DNA from: Octopus sinensis
Taxonomy: Eukaryota
Reading direction: 5' to 3'
NCBI RefSeq assembly: GCF_006345805.1
Contig: NC_043025.1
Span: 12,152,001-12,216,000, forward strand
Length of the DNA: 64,000 bases
Positions 63,651-64,000 of this stretch are shown here, one piece after another. Numbering within the stretch: position 1 is the stretch's first letter; every line of letters starts with the position of its first letter. A program made the position numbers and the translations under genes. Below the pieces are notes generated by a model. That model saw only the letters and a list, made by a program, of their open reading frames with translations, was not told the origin of the DNA and made no database searches.

Positions 63651-64000
63651 ACTCTTTTACTCTTTTACTTGTTTCGGTCATTTGACTGCGGCCATGCTGG
63701 AGCACCGCCTTTAGTCGAGCAACTCGACCCCGGGACTTATTCTTTTTTATAAGCCCAGTACTTATTCTATCGGTCTCTTTTGCCGAACCGCTAGGTGGCG
63801 GGGACGTAAACACACCAGCATCGGTTGTCAAGCAATGCTAGTGGGACAAACACAGACACACAAACACACACACATACATATATATGCAACGGGCTTCTTT
63901 TCAGTTTCCGTCTACCAAATCCACGCACAAGGCTTTGGTTGGCCTGAGGCTATAGTAGAAGACACTTGCCCAAGGTGCCACGCAGTGGGACTGAACCCAG
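63651..64000 (-). mobile_element. SINE A in an intron, cut by the window end
   Basis: Consensus match. Confidence 0.85.

Overview
Eukaryotic, repeat-rich genomic DNA. The SINE families, (TA)n/(CA)n/(CATA)n microsatellites and LINE/Helitron remnants look cephalopod (Octopus-like); this is an inference, not a database match. The window has four main parts. (1) 50.5-63.6 kb holds one intact spliced gene on +, with at least 9 phase-compatible GT-AG exons (about 392 aa in the window) encoding ankyrin repeats plus a C3HC4 RING, Mind-bomb (MIB2)-like in its C-terminal half; it continues past the window end. (2) 6.2-28.2 kb is a mosaic tandem array built from degenerate copies of an ankyrin exon homologous to exon 2 of that gene: about 65-70 copies of a 140-bp unit that keeps the splice donor, plus a 2.7-kb 51/100-bp satellite made from the first ankyrin helix. 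(3) 5.3-6.2 kb is an endogenous nanovirus/alphasatellite-like CRESS-DNA virus Rep (SF3 helicase half), split by a SINE and fused to the start of the array. (4) The rest is SINEs, CR1/RTE/Penelope fragments, non-autonomous Helitrons and MITEs, plus an intronic perfect 76-bp palindrome carrying a minimal hammerhead-ribozyme motif. Most ORFs in the track are repeat artefacts.
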